From positions 2,336,001 through 2,400,000 of the forward strand of contig CBDCWI010000002.1 of NCBI GenBank assembly GCA_965223325.1: a stretch of 64,000 nt of DNA, written 5' to 3'. The first letter of the stretch is position 1; each line of letters begins with the position of its first letter. This stretch comes from Candidatus Multivoradales bacterium. Its GTDB lineage: Bacteria > Acidobacteriota > Thermoanaerobaculia > Multivoradales > Multivoraceae. The position numbers were made by a program, and so were the translations under genes. The notes below the pieces were generated by a model. It was not told the origin of the DNA and ran no database searches. It was given only the letters and a program-made list of their open reading frames with translations. Below, in pieces: positions 10,959 through 20,722 of the stretch.

Positions 10959-12380
10959 TCAACAGGCGGTAGACTCGACGCCCACCGCGCGCACGCGCAG
11001 CATGAGACCGTCGACGGCGATGACCTCTACCATCTGCCCGGCTGTGATCGGGGCGTCGGAGATGACGTTCCAGAGTTCTCCGTGAACCATCACTTTACCC
11101 CGCGGCGCAATGTCGGTTCGCGCTTCACCGCGCTTGCCCACCAGGCCTTCCTCGCCAGTTACCACGCGCCGGCGAAAGGCGCCGAATGCAAGCCGGCCGA
11201 GGAACACAACGAGGATCAAAGAAATCAGCGTCACCGCCGCGATCAGCCCGCGGCTGACCTGAAGAGCAGGATCGGCAGAGCGAAACAGGAGCAACGAACC
11301 AAGAACCATCGACACCAGCCCTCCCACGGTCAACATGCCGAAACTCTGTACTTTGATCTCGAGCACGAAGAGTATGACCGCCAGCCCGATCAGGCCGACC
11401 GCCGCCCAGTTGGTTGGCAGGACCGAAAGCGCGTAGAAACCGAGCAACAGGCAAAGCACACCCACCGCGCCGGGAAAGATCGACCCCGGGTTGGAGATTT
11501 CGGCGTAGATGCCGATCCAACCGATGCCGAGCAACAGGTAGGCGATGTTGGGGTCGGCGAGGACTCCGATGGCGCGCTGGAAAGGCGACAGTTCGCGGCG
11601 GCGTATCGATGCACGTGCCGTTTCAAGCGTGAGTACCTCGTCGTCGCGGGTGACCGTTTGCCCGTCGATGTCCTGGAGCAGGCTCTGTAGGTTGGGCGAG
11701 ACGAAATCGACCAGGCCATTCTCGAGCGCCTCGCTGGCGGTCCATGAACGACTCTCGAGTACCGCAGCCTCGGCCAGTGCCAGATCGCGGCCATTGCGCT
11801 CGGCGAGCGAACGAACGTAGGCCGCGGTGTCCTGCTCGACCTTCTCGCCCATCGACCCTTCGATGTCTTCGCCCTGGCCGCCGACCGGGTGCGCCGCGCC
11901 GGTGTTGCTACCCGGTGCCATCGCCGCAACATCAGCCGACATCAGCAGGATGAACCCGGCCGACGCCGCCTGGGCACCCGCGGGGCTTATGAAGATCACC
12001 ACTGGCGTCCTCGACTCGAGGATTGCGCTGGTCATCTTGCGGGTCGAGTTCAGTGCTCCACCAGGGGTCTCGAGCTCGATCACTAGCGCCTCGGCGCCCG
12101 CGGCGTCAGCATCTTCGATCGCCTCGAGCAGGAACTCTTCGGCGACCCGATGAATCGGCGAAGCGATGCGAATGACCACGACCTCGCCCACCGCCTGCCC
12201 GTCGCTGGGAGCACCGACAGCCCGATCGGTCGTACCGCTGCCTTCGGCCTCTCCTTCGGCCAGGACGATGCCGCTCACCCTTGGCGAAGAAACCAACAGC
12301 ATCACGAACACCACCAGCGCCAGTGCACCAGAAAGTGCCCGCACGTCGACTCCCAGAAGGTAGCGGCGAAGGCGAATCAC
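10959..12380 (-). CDS. NfeD family membrane-bound serine protease
   Basis: [25 protein letters not shown] block, C-terminal OB fold (G.V...GELW); paired with slipin; GTG overlaps the upstream stop. Confidence 0.9.
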   Translation of the reverse strand: MIRLRRYLLGVDVRALSGALALVVFVMLLVSSPRVSGIVLAEGEAEGSGTTDRAVGAPSDGQAVGEVVVIRIASPIHRVAEEFLLEAIEDADAAGAEALVIELETPGGALNSTRKMTSAILESRTPVVIFISPAGAQAASAGFILLMSADVAAMAPGSNTGAAHPVGGQGEDIEGSMGEKVEQDTAAYVRSLAERNGRDLALAEAAVLESRSWTASEALENGLVDFVSPNLQSLLQDIDGQTVTRDDEVLTLETARASIRRRELSPFQRAIGVLADPNIAYLLLGIGWIGIYAEISNPGSIFPGAVGVLCLLLGFYALSVLPTNWAAVGLIGLAVILFVLEIKVQSFGMLTVGGLVSMVLGSLLLFRSADPALQVSRGLIAAVTLISLILVVFLGRLAFGAFRRRVVTGEEGLVGKRGEARTDIAPRGKVMVHGELWNVISDAPITAGQMVEVIAVDGLMLRVRAVGVESTAC

Positions 12381-13150
12381 GGCAGCTTCACATCTTCCGG
12401 ACTCTCGAAGACCGTGCGCGGGACGTCGTCCCACACCTTGATGTCGGCGATGGCAGTTGCAAAGCGACCCTCGGTGCCACGGCTGCCCGAAATTTTGACG
12501 TTCTTGTATTGCTTCCACTCAGCCCAGGGCGTCTTGAACTGCGGCGCCTCGTCGGCAGCGGTCGGAAAGTAGGCCCACTGCTCGACCAGGCCGCTCTCGC
12601 GCCCGACCCACACGTGGTACTTGTTCTGCGGGGTCACGCCGACACCCTTGAAGGTCATCTGAATCATGTCGGCGGCACTGCCTTCGTCGGTCTCTCCTTC
12701 GCCGACATACTTGAGGGTCACCCCCGAGTCCTTGAGCTTGTAGGGCATGACCAGCCAGTAGGAGTCATTGACCCAGGCCTCGTAGCCGTCCTTGAGGGCC
12801 TTGGCGAGCTCGTCACCCTCGAGGGCGGTACCGTTGTTCCAGGCGCGCCCCTCCTTCGTGTTGATGTTCATCAACACCAGACGCGGTCCCTGCTGAAAGC
12901 GAATGTCGCCGGTGTAGCGGTCCCAGACGTGGTCGCGAACACCGAAGAAGCGCCAGCCGATGTAACGCGTGCGATCCCAGGCATCGCGACCTCCCATCGC
13001 CTCCATCACGCGGTCGGCAAGCTCGATCGCCTGGGCATCAGACCCCTCGACGTCGAACCCGGGCGCCGGCGGGTTGTCCATCGCGCTTGCCGCACCAGCT
13101 GCGAAAGCGATTCCAAAACAAAGAGCTGCTATGCCTAGAAGTCGATTCAT
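12377..13150 (-). CDS. Secreted protein, LolA-like/DUF6503-like fold suspected
   Basis: Signal peptide ending AGAASA; AMGG..AW, WVNDSYWLVMPYKL and GVTPQNKY motifs. Confidence 0.7.
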   Translation of the reverse strand: MNRLLGIAALCFGIAFAAGAASAMDNPPAPGFDVEGSDAQAIELADRVMEAMGGRDAWDRTRYIGWRFFGVRDHVWDRYTGDIRFQQGPRLVLMNINTKEGRAWNNGTALEGDELAKALKDGYEAWVNDSYWLVMPYKLKDSGVTLKYVGEGETDEGSAADMIQMTFKGVGVTPQNKYHVWVGRESGLVEQWAYFPTAADEAPQFKTPWAEWKQYKNVKISGSRGTEGRFATAIADIKVWDDVPRTVFESPEDVKLP

Positions 13151-13246
13151 TGTGGTCTCCTGCCCACCGGCCACACTCGCCGCTGGAAAGGAGGGCGCTG
13201 TGGTCCGAGAGAAGCGGTCACTCGAGGAACGTGGCCCCAGTCTAGT

Positions 13247-13729
13247 TCACTGCCCAGGTGTCTTGACGTAGAAGAGCGTTTCCTGACCAGCCTCGAGGCG
13301 GCGCTCGCGAAACTGCATGCCAAGCCGTTCCATCACCGCAACCGACGCCACATTCGGGGCATCGGTAGCGGCAACGATCTCCCGCAGCTCCGCGAGCTCG
13401 AAGCCGAACGCGATCGCGGCTCGCGCCGCCTCGGTGGCATAACCACAACCCCAGGTTCGCGGGTCGAGGCCCCAGATCAGTTGCAGCTCGGGCGGCTCGA
13501 AGAAGTAGGCGAAGCCGACGAAACCGATCACCTCAGCCGGCGCGTCAATGAGGCGGATCGTCCACTGGCCGAGCCCATCGCTCGCCCACAGTTCCAGAGA
13601 CGCCCGCACCGCCTCCGCGACCTGCTCACGACTCCAGATCTCATCGTCGAAGAGGTACTTGCGTACTTCGGGTAGGCCCCAGAGCGCCTGCAGCGTGTCG
13701 ATGTCGGACGCGTCGTAGGGAACCAACTG
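13247..13729 (-). CDS. GNAT N-acetyltransferase (RimJ/RimL family), exon 2 downstream of the group II intron
   Basis: QLVPY...WGCGYATEAARA...NVASVAVMERLGM; 483 nt, in frame with exon 1 after intron removal. Confidence 0.85.
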   Translation of the reverse strand, partial: QLVPYDASDIDTLQALWGLPEVRKYLFDDEIWSREQVAEAVRASLELWASDGLGQWTIRLIDAPAEVIGFVGFAYFFEPPELQLIWGLDPRTWGCGYATEAARAAIAFGFELAELREIVAATDAPNVASVAVMERLGMQFRERRLEAGQETLFYVKTPGQ

Positions 13730-15639
13730 ATCGCGGTAGGAGCGCCGGTTGCCCGGCGCCCCCCGCACAGATCCCAGCGTGCACTGCTAATGCACTGGGC
13801 TCCTGCCTCAGGTATTGACGACAAGTCGCTCATCAGGCCAGGGATGTTGGACTCGGGCTTTGGGTAGGTAGTGGGCCACCAGGGCCCACATCCGTTTCCA
13901 GGACGTGCGGTCTTTGTCACTGCGTCGGCGCAGAGCGCGCATCCAGTGCCGAATGACCTCCTGTCGAAAGGCGTTCAACGCCGCTGAGTTGCCGGGTACG
14001 CCGTAGTAGGCATTGAAGCCTCGCACCACGGATCCCAGCCAGAGACCTTGCTCTGGTAGCGGCGAGTGTCGGTGTCCCAGAAGGGCCGTACCGACAGCCT
14101 TCAGTGTCCTGCGGATTCGGTGGCGGCTCGTGATGCGCTTCAGCAAGAACCTCCCTCGACTAGACTGCGCACAGCAGTGCGTAAAGCCTAGAAACTCGAA
14201 GGTCTCCGGCCGCCCGAGACCTCGCGCGCGTCGGTTGTAGGCCGCAAAGCGGCCAAACTCCAGCAGGCGCGTCTTCTCGGGTTGGATCTCCAACGAGAAG
14301 TCACGGAGTCGCAGGTTCAGTTCCTCGAGGAATCGTTCTGCCTCCTCCTGCCTCTCAAATCCAACGATGAAGTCATCCGCGTAGCGCACGAAGATCATGT
14401 CCCCAAGCGCGTTGCGTTTCCTCCACTGCTGGACCCAGAGATCGAGCACGTAGTGCAGGTACACGTTCCCGAGGAGAGGCGAAATCGTCGCCCCCTGAGG
14501 AGTCCCCCGCGTGCTCGCGTGCCACTTACCGTCTTCCATCACTCCGGACCTCAGCCATTTCTGGATGAGGCGAAGGATCCTACGGTCTCCGATACGGTGC
14601 TCGAGAAACTTCACCAGCCACTCGTGGTCCAGGGCATCGAAGAACCCACGAATGTCTGCGTCGAGCACCCAGTTCACCTTCCGCTTTGTGATTCCAACGA
14701 ATAGCGCATCCAAAGCATCGTGCTGGCTGCGGCCTCGCCTGAATCCGTATGAGTACCCGAGAAAGTCTTCCTCGTAGATCGCATCCAACACCGAGACGAC
14801 GGCGCGCTGAAGGATCTTGTCCTCCAACGTGGCGATGCCAAGCGGTCGGAACCGCCCATCCGATTTCTCGATGTAGACGCGACGAGTCGCACTCGCCCGG
14901 TAGCTCCCACGGTGGACACGAGAGTGCAGGTCCTCGAGATTGCTCAGCAAAGATTCTGCGTACTCGCTCCATGACACTCCGTCCACTCCTGCCGCTGCGT
15001 CTCGGTGCAACACGTCAAATGCGCTCCGGAGTCGCTCGACCGTGATGTGGTGAAGAAGCGCTGTGAACTTCACTTCCTTGCCCCTGCGGGCGGCTTCTCG
15101 TACACGGCCCAGCGCATTGCTCGCACTCTCCATCCGGCTCTGTGTCCGGGGTGCGTTTTGCTTGCCCGTGTTCCCCTTGGCCAGGCCCCTTCCCTCCACC
15201 GCCTCCGCCGCTGGTCTCCCACCGTTGTTCGACGACTTCGCAGGTACTACGGGCCTGTCTGACTTCCGCCATCCGTGCGTCATCGGCTTACGGCCTCTAG
15301 CCTTCCCGATGCGGACCAGATACCCAACTGGCCAGATCGCGGATCTCCCGGTTCTCGCGCATGGAGATTCCACACATGCACAGGGTCTACGACCGCGGGG
15401 AGTCGCCGCAGAGCTCGCGATAGCGCGCTACGGAGTCTCGCCTTCCGCTTCGCTTGACAGCGTCGGCACTCCCAAATTCTTATTTCGCGGCTCAATACCC
15501 GGCCTGTGTGTGCCCCTGTCAACGCTTCACCGCACCCTCGCGGGAGCCGGCGCATGACTCGGGGACCCTCTGGGTCGCTACCCCTTCGAGGGTGGGACTC
15601 TCTCATTCCTTTCTCCATGCCGGTTTATCCCGGCGTATC
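13730..15639 (-). mobile_element. Full-length group II intron (~1910 nt)
   Basis: D5 gAGCccagtgcattagcagtgcacgctgggatc; D6 ending cctaccgcgAT at 13730; 5' end gatacgccgggataaaccggc; EBS1 CAAGCG (15451-15456) complementary to exon end CGCTTG. Confidence 0.9.
13808..15283 (-). CDS. ltrA: Group II intron reverse transcriptase/maturase without endonuclease domain
   Basis: RPLGI, YGFR, DADIRGFFD, GTPQG, RYADD, FEFLGF; ends after domain X with no HNH. Confidence 0.95.
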   Translation of the reverse strand: MTHGWRKSDRPVVPAKSSNNGGRPAAEAVEGRGLAKGNTGKQNAPRTQSRMESASNALGRVREAARRGKEVKFTALLHHITVERLRSAFDVLHRDAAAGVDGVSWSEYAESLLSNLEDLHSRVHRGSYRASATRRVYIEKSDGRFRPLGIATLEDKILQRAVVSVLDAIYEEDFLGYSYGFRRGRSQHDALDALFVGITKRKVNWVLDADIRGFFDALDHEWLVKFLEHRIGDRRILRLIQKWLRSGVMEDGKWHASTRGTPQGATISPLLGNVYLHYVLDLWVQQWRKRNALGDMIFVRYADDFIVGFERQEEAERFLEELNLRLRDFSLEIQPEKTRLLEFGRFAAYNRRARGLGRPETFEFLGFTHCCAQSSRGRFLLKRITSRHRIRRTLKAVGTALLGHRHSPLPEQGLWLGSVVRGFNAYYGVPGNSAALNAFRQEVIRHWMRALRRRSDKDRTSWKRMWALVAHYLPKARVQHPWPDERLVVNT

Positions 15640-15678
15640 CAAGCGCTCGGTGCTCAGGCTGCCCTCACTCGGGATCAA
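15640..15678 (-). CDS. GNAT N-acetyltransferase, exon 1 (MIPSEGSLSTERL)
   Basis: TTG start with GAGGAG RBS; LSTERL joined to QLVP rebuilds the typical RimJ-family 'L.TERL.L.P' start. Confidence 0.75.
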
Positions 15679-16903
15679 AGCGGACGCTCTCCTCATGGAC
15701 GAGGTTCCCGGCCGGGTCGAAGACGCGCAGCATGACCTCGCGGTCGGCGTTTCTCGCGGCAAGAGACTCCAGCTCGGCCTCGGCGATGGCGAGCTCGAAA
15801 CGCCCGTCTGAAGCAAGTGGGATGGGGTTGCCATTGAACTCCAGGCGATAGCCATCGAACGTCAAGGGCACCGGCCGCTCGGGCGCTGGCCTCGCGGCCC
15901 TGGCGAAGTCACCATCCTGCCGTCTCTCGTCGCGTTGCCGAGACGAGCGCTCGGCGCGTACCTCCTCTGCCTCTGCGACGTCCTCTTTTGGCGTCTGCCG
16001 CAACAGCCCGATGATCCTTACTCCGGTTGCGAGTGCGCGGTCTTCGGGCGCCGCTTCGACCTCACCGCTCGTCGATTGCCGCAACGCATCCACCATGAAG
16101 GGCTCAAGCTCGTAGGTCATGTCATAGGTGACCTGCGGGCGCTCTCGAACAGCGGTGGCCAGCCGACCCACGCGTTCGCGTGGCGCAGGCGAAGATGGCG
16201 CCTCGGCAGAAGTAGCGGCGCTGGTTGGTGCGGGGGCTGCCGCCGGGCTCGGTGCCCGCGCATAATCTTCGCCGACCACACCGTCCTTGTGTTCGGAACC
16301 CTCCAGCGCGTCGGCTTCGACCGCCGCAGCTTGCGGCAATACCTTTCGCTTCGCCACCGCATCGCCCGTAGCCCCGGACGAGACCTTCAGGTCACCGACA
16401 ACGATGGCTTCGTCGGCAGGCTCGCTCGGCGGCGGCGCACTTCGGTCTGAGAACGAAACGCTCTCATCGGGGCGCACGTCCACCGTTTCCAGCTCGCTCG
16501 CATCATCCGATGAGACGGCTCCACCATCCGCAGCCTGGCTTTCTTCATCTCGGTCGAGCAGGCCAGCTTCGCCCTCAGCGACCTCCTGAGCAGCCACCAT
16601 CTCCTGTTCAGAGGGCGATGCCATGTCCGTCGCTCTCTCGAGACGCGCCGGGTCGAGGAGACCCGAGCGCGCCGCGATCCAGCCTGCGAAAGCCACCGCG
16701 ACCAACGAAGCGGCGAGCAACATCCAGGGCTGCACGCCCCCGCGCCGCGCCGGGTCCTCTTCCTCGCTCTCACCAACCGCAGCGCGCGGGAACCGATCGT
16801 CAGGGATCGCCTGCTCGAGCCGTGAGAGGAGTTCGGGACTCGGCCGCGTCTCCTGCTCGGGAACGGTGTTCCGCAGCTGCCTTTCGAGTTCTTGACGGTT
16901 CAT
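15665..16903 (-). CDS. Putative anti-sigma factor / single-pass membrane protein
   Basis: Overlaps the ECF sigma stop; WMLLAASLVAV TM segment followed by a long acidic low-complexity region. Confidence 0.65.
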   Translation of the reverse strand: MNRQELERQLRNTVPEQETRPSPELLSRLEQAIPDDRFPRAAVGESEEEDPARRGGVQPWMLLAASLVAVAFAGWIAARSGLLDPARLERATDMASPSEQEMVAAQEVAEGEAGLLDRDEESQAADGGAVSSDDASELETVDVRPDESVSFSDRSAPPPSEPADEAIVVGDLKVSSGATGDAVAKRKVLPQAAAVEADALEGSEHKDGVVGEDYARAPSPAAAPAPTSAATSAEAPSSPAPRERVGRLATAVRERPQVTYDMTYELEPFMVDALRQSTSGEVEAAPEDRALATGVRIIGLLRQTPKEDVAEAEEVRAERSSRQRDERRQDGDFARAARPAPERPVPLTFDGYRLEFNGNPIPLASDGRFELAIAEAELESLAARNADREVMLRVFDPAGNLVHEESVRFDPE

Positions 16904-17529
16904 GGCCTGCTCTCCTGCCCGCTCACATCATCGTCTTCGAGGTCGGCGCCCAGCAACTTGTAGGCCCGTCGCAGGCGCTTGCGAATCGCAACTGCACTGA
17001 TTCCTTCGAGCTTCGCGATCTCAGCGGCACTCAAGCCGCCCCAGAAGCGGGCGGTCACGGTGTAGCGCAGATCTTCGGGCAGAGCGAGGACAGCGGAACG
17101 CAGCTGCTGGCGTTCCTGGTGCTCAATAGCACTCGTCACTTGCCCGGGCTCGCCGCTACGGAGCGACTCCGCCTCACCCTCCTCGAAAGATCGAGTGCGA
17201 GCGGGCCGCCGAATGTGGTTGAGAAATGTGTTGTAGGCGATGCGATAGAGCCAGGTCGACAGCTTGGCCCGACCGTCGAAGCTCGAAAGAGACCGCCACG
17301 CCCGGGCATAGGTGTCCTGCGTCAGGTCCTCAGCCAGGGCACGATCTCCACCCGTCAGCTTGACCAGCGAAGCAAAAACCAGCTCATAAGTCCGCCCCAC
17401 CAGTTCTTCCGCCGCTCGCCGATCTCCCGCCAGCAAGGCCGCGAGCAGCTCCTCCTCCGACGCACCAACGTCAGAAAGAAGCGCCGGCCCATGAGCAGGC
17501 GAGCTGGGGTCGTGTTGCTGCGCCGTCAT
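16900..17529 (-). CDS. ECF RNA polymerase sigma-70 factor
   Basis: AEDLTQDTY.RAW, STWLYRIAYN, region 4 EIAKLEGISAVAIRKRLRRA. Confidence 0.88.
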   Translation of the reverse strand: MTAQQHDPSSPAHGPALLSDVGASEEELLAALLAGDRRAAEELVGRTYELVFASLVKLTGGDRALAEDLTQDTYARAWRSLSSFDGRAKLSTWLYRIAYNTFLNHIRRPARTRSFEEGEAESLRSGEPGQVTSAIEHQERQQLRSAVLALPEDLRYTVTARFWGGLSAAEIAKLEGISAVAIRKRLRRAYKLLGADLEDDDVSGQESRP

Positions 17530-17606
17530 CGGTATCACGAGGATAGGACACCCAGGCCCTGCAAAGCGAAACCATGGCCAAGCAGAAAGCAGGAATCTCG
17601 AAGCAG

Positions 17607-17795
17607 ACTCCGTGCGCCCCACAGAGTTCGTCCGCGAACGCTCCGGGCGCACTCCGTGCGCCCCACAGAGTTCGTCCGCGAACGCTCCGGGCGCACTCGG
17701 TGCGCCCCACAGAGTTCGTCCGCGAACGCTCCGGGCGCACTCGGTGCGCCCACAGAGTTCCTCTGCGAACGCTCCGAGCGCACTCCGTGCCCTAC
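17607..17795. repeat. 44-bp tandem repeat (~4.2 copies) of GTAG/GTGG-type REP-like hairpins
   Basis: Unit actccgtgcgccccacagagttcgtccgcgaacgctccgggcgc; palindrome gggcgcac-nnn-gtgcgccc preceded by GTRG on the minus strand. Confidence 0.85.
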
Positions 17796-18274
17796 CCGCT
17801 ACCCTCGTACATCGCCGGTAGCTCACGAACTTCGCTGCTCAAAGCCAAGAACGGGTTTACGACCCGAACCGAACCATAGTGACGACCGTGCTCGAAGTCT
17901 TCTGAGATGATCTCGGGAATCCCACCGACCTCAGCATAGGCCCAAAGATGGGCATCGAACCAGGAGAGCTGGTACGCCGAGACTCCACGCAAGGCAAAGA
18001 TCAAGACCTCTTCATCGGGATAGACAACCGGGAACTGCCGCATCCAGTCTTCAGCGGCTAGCAAGGCAGCCTCGAGCGGCAGCAGAGGCTCATCGCCCAG
18101 GTCGGGACGGGGTCTGATGACCGCGGCAACGAACTCGAGAATCGCCTGATGAGGCAACAAAAGGTCACCCGACACGAGACCGCGCCGCAAGATGCTAGTC
18201 GCCACCTCCTGCTTCGCCGCATCTCGTGGGTCGTGACGATAGACGAGAATATTGGTGTCAATCAGACTCGCCAC
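17792..18274 (-). CDS. vapC: PIN-domain toxin (VapC family)
   Basis: LIDTNILVY, QAILEF, SWFDAHLWA, SEDF: acidic PIN motifs. Confidence 0.88.
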   Translation of the reverse strand: MASLIDTNILVYRHDPRDAAKQEVATSILRRGLVSGDLLLPHQAILEFVAAVIRPRPDLGDEPLLPLEAALLAAEDWMRQFPVVYPDEEVLIFALRGVSAYQLSWFDAHLWAYAEVGGIPEIISEDFEHGRHYGSVRVVNPFLALSSEVRELPAMYEGSG

Positions 18275-18551
18275 GGCGATACAGATCCTCTCGGCTCCAG
18301 TCCCGCCTCGTCGTCAGCTGGGCTGGCAGCTTCAGCGTTTCCTGCCTTCTGCGCTGCCGTGCCGTCGCTTCGTCAAAGAGGCGTAAGCGTTCGGCCTGGC
18401 TGAGTTGGGTCTCGGTACAACGGCGGGGTGGCACGATCCGGATGAACTCCCCGGCCGCTTGGAAATCGATCTCGTCTCCAGGAACGATCCCGTACTCGTT
18501 GGCGAGGACCTTCGGAAGGGTGACCTGTAGTTTTGAAGTCACTTTTGCCAT
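18258..18551 (-). CDS. AbrB/MazE/SpoVT-family antitoxin (VapB-type)
   Basis: MAKVTSKLQVTLPK...GIVPGDEI; overlaps the PIN gene start. Confidence 0.88.
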   Translation of the reverse strand: MAKVTSKLQVTLPKVLANEYGIVPGDEIDFQAAGEFIRIVPPRRCTETQLSQAERLRLFDEATARQRRRQETLKLPAQLTTRRDWSREDLYRRGESD

Positions 18552-18591
18552 CTCCTTACTATAACAAGGACGCGATCCTTGACCAGCTCGC

Positions 18592-19987
18592 GCGCACGGC
18601 GATGCCGCGCACGGTAGGGGGTAAGTTTTGACGGCAACGCCGTACTGGGCGGCGCGCCGAGTTCCGGAGCACTCCGTCGGCCTCCTTTACGACCTCAGGG
18701 GGTTGTCGGGAGGGCTGAAACCTCGCTTTCACCACCCCTCCAACCGCGGCACTCCACCCGAAAGACGCAGCTCCGCCATTGCACCGGTAGGCGCGTTCCC
18801 CTCGAGCCGTCAACCACCTCTTCGTCGGCAGCCCGGACCGTCAGGGACCGTCGCGAGCACCCGGCCCAGGCACTTCCAGGGCCACAAACGGCAACGGGCT
18901 TGGGAAAGTCCCTGGCGGAAACTTCGCCTCCAGGTCACCACTCCACAGAAGATCGCGCGCCGTGCGATGCGCCCGCCTCACCGCATCGAATACCGAAAGT
19001 AGCCGATTACGCTCGTGCGAGTCCGACGCGATGACCCGGGGCCTCGGCCCCCAATCGAGCCTCCGCGGGCGGCGCATCGGACTCACTTGCGTCGTTTTGT
19101 AGGCACCGCGAGGCCTCGTGCCCTTTCGCTTGTGGCGCGCCCGGGTCTCGTCCTCGATCTCAACAATCATGCCGCGGGCCCAGTCGAAGTACTCCTCGTC
19201 AGGGAGGTCCTCGAAGCACGGAAGCTTCGATAACACGACCGTCTCGTGGCTCGAGAAGTCCTTATTCGCTCAAACGACGACCGGCTTTCGAAAAACGGGC
19301 ACGACGAAGCGCTGAACGATCGACCCAGGTGCCCTCGAGCTCGAAGGTCCCTGACCAGAGTGCCTCCCCTACCGACACGCCTGGCCACTTGCGAGGTGAA
19401 GACACCAACCCCGCCTTGCAACCCTGGGCAAGGATGTAGCGGAAACGACGGCAGAGGTCCTTCTTTGCGTGACCGGGAAACGACGTCTTGACGGCCCCTC
19501 CCACTTCGGCCCCTTGAACCCCCGCAGGATCCGCAGTTCCACACTCGTCTGGTGCTGAATGCGCCGCATGAAATCGGCCAGCTGCTGGGCGTCGCGAGCG
19601 CCCAGCAGAAGGTGAGCATGGTTGACCTGGTAGTCCAGGGCGTGGATCCGGATTTCGGTCTTTCGCTGCGCGCGGCCGATGATCCCGACCAGCAGATCGC
19701 GTAGGCGTGACGATGGCGCCAACAGGAAGAACCCGTTGACGATACGCCTTCGACGACTCCCCAACCACTTCCGTCGGTGGGGACATACCTCAGTTGATGG
19801 GCCATGACTCTTCGCACGGAACCATCGATGCCTTGCAGGGAGCCGAATCCTATCGGATGACCCTCGCCATCGACCAACTGTCATTTGTGAATCGGGCTAC
19901 ACGTCAGGTCGGTGGCGAGTCCCGGTCCTGCGCCACGACTTCGACTCAAAACTTACCCCCGACTGGGCGCGGCATCGCCGCGCGATC
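18592..19987. mobile_element. Y1/HUH transposase element bounded by ~42-bp hairpin-containing inverted ends
   Basis: Left 18592-18635 gcacggcgatgccgcgcacggtagggggtaagttttga; right 19946-19987 read inward gatcgcgcggcgatgccgcgcccagtcgggggtaagttttga. Confidence 0.7.
18841..19805 (-). pseudogene. Frameshifted Y1 (IS200/RAYT-like) transposase
   Basis: Pieces in different frames: MAHQLRY; FLL.P...GIIGRAQ...NHAHLL (HUH)...FM; RYILAQG.KAGLV..P..WPG; C-terminal FPPGTFP. Confidence 0.8.
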
Positions 19988-20142
19988 TCGTCCAGACCGT
20001 ATGGATCGACGAAACGGACTGGGTTGTTCAGAACGTAGGCGTACAGATTCCAACTCTGGGGCAGCGAGAGGTCGCCGCCAATGGGGTCAGTGGAGGTGAA
20101 TCGTGAGTAGGTTGGGTAGTAGTAGCGAGCATGCATGTAGTC
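19988..20142 (-). pseudogene. Orphan Rhs core-end fragment truncated just after DPxG
   Basis: DYMHARYY...TDP...PQSWNLYAYVLNNPVRFVDPYGLDE, then abuts the transposase right end. Confidence 0.85.
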
Positions 20143-20143
20143 G

Positions 20144-20719
20144 CTACTTGCCCACGGTTTCCAATCTGGCTGTGACCCTCTCCAGAATTCTCTCGTCGGA
20201 GACCTTCGAGCGGGATCCCGTACCCAATATCTCAGCCCACTCGAAGCCGACCGCCCGGGCTAGACCTTCCAGCGCGGTCTCGGCAATGACGCTGCCCTCG
20301 GGCGCGCTCACATAGGTCGAGTGCCCTTCGAGTTCGCGCAGCATCACGATGTCATTATTCAATCGGAGATGAGCACCAGCCACTGAGATAGCCGAGAGCC
20401 GGCAGTCATCTTCGGCATCCCACTCTCGCCCGCCAAGGTCCGCCATGATCTCGTCGCGATAGTCGGCTGACAGGCCCCAGTCGTTACAAAGCACAGATAG
20501 TGCTAGCGCGTGCGTCATCGGATCCGTTCGACAGCCGAGAAATCGCACCACCAGATCGCGATAGCGGATGGCCTGAGCTGCACCAAGGATATTGAGCAGT
20601 GTGTAGGCGTCGCCCTCGCCTCGCACGAGTCGTGCCGCGATCTCGTCAAGCTCATGCGCCGAGATGCGCCCGTCTTGGGCTCGCCGCAATGCGCCCGAAA
20701 GGTCCTCCGCGTTCATCAC
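20144..20719 (-). CDS. Putative immunity protein for the Ntox28-like toxin (helical, HEAT-like)
   Basis: Starts 3 nt after the toxin stop; all-alpha pattern DAYTLLNILG...LALSVLC..WGL. Confidence 0.7.
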   Translation of the reverse strand: MMNAEDLSGALRRAQDGRISAHELDEIAARLVRGEGDAYTLLNILGAAQAIRYRDLVVRFLGCRTDPMTHALALSVLCNDWGLSADYRDEIMADLGGREWDAEDDCRLSAISVAGAHLRLNNDIVMLRELEGHSTYVSAPEGSVIAETALEGLARAVGFEWAEILGTGSRSKVSDERILERVTARLETVGK

Positions 20720-20722
20720 TTG

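Noticed and set aside
13730-13768. N-terminus of the GNAT ORF as given in the track (MRGAPGNRRSYRD)
   Set aside because: This is intron domain VI; the real N-terminus is exon 1 at 15640-15678.
13808-15283. RT as part of a DGR, retron or defence system diversifying the Rhs genes
   Set aside because: The RT lies inside a complete group II ribozyme (D5/D6, EBS1). Differences between the Rhs copies are not adenine-specific and no avd-like gene is present.
17607-17795. CRISPR array
   Set aside because: Units are contiguous near-identical 44-mers with no unique spacers, and there are no cas genes.
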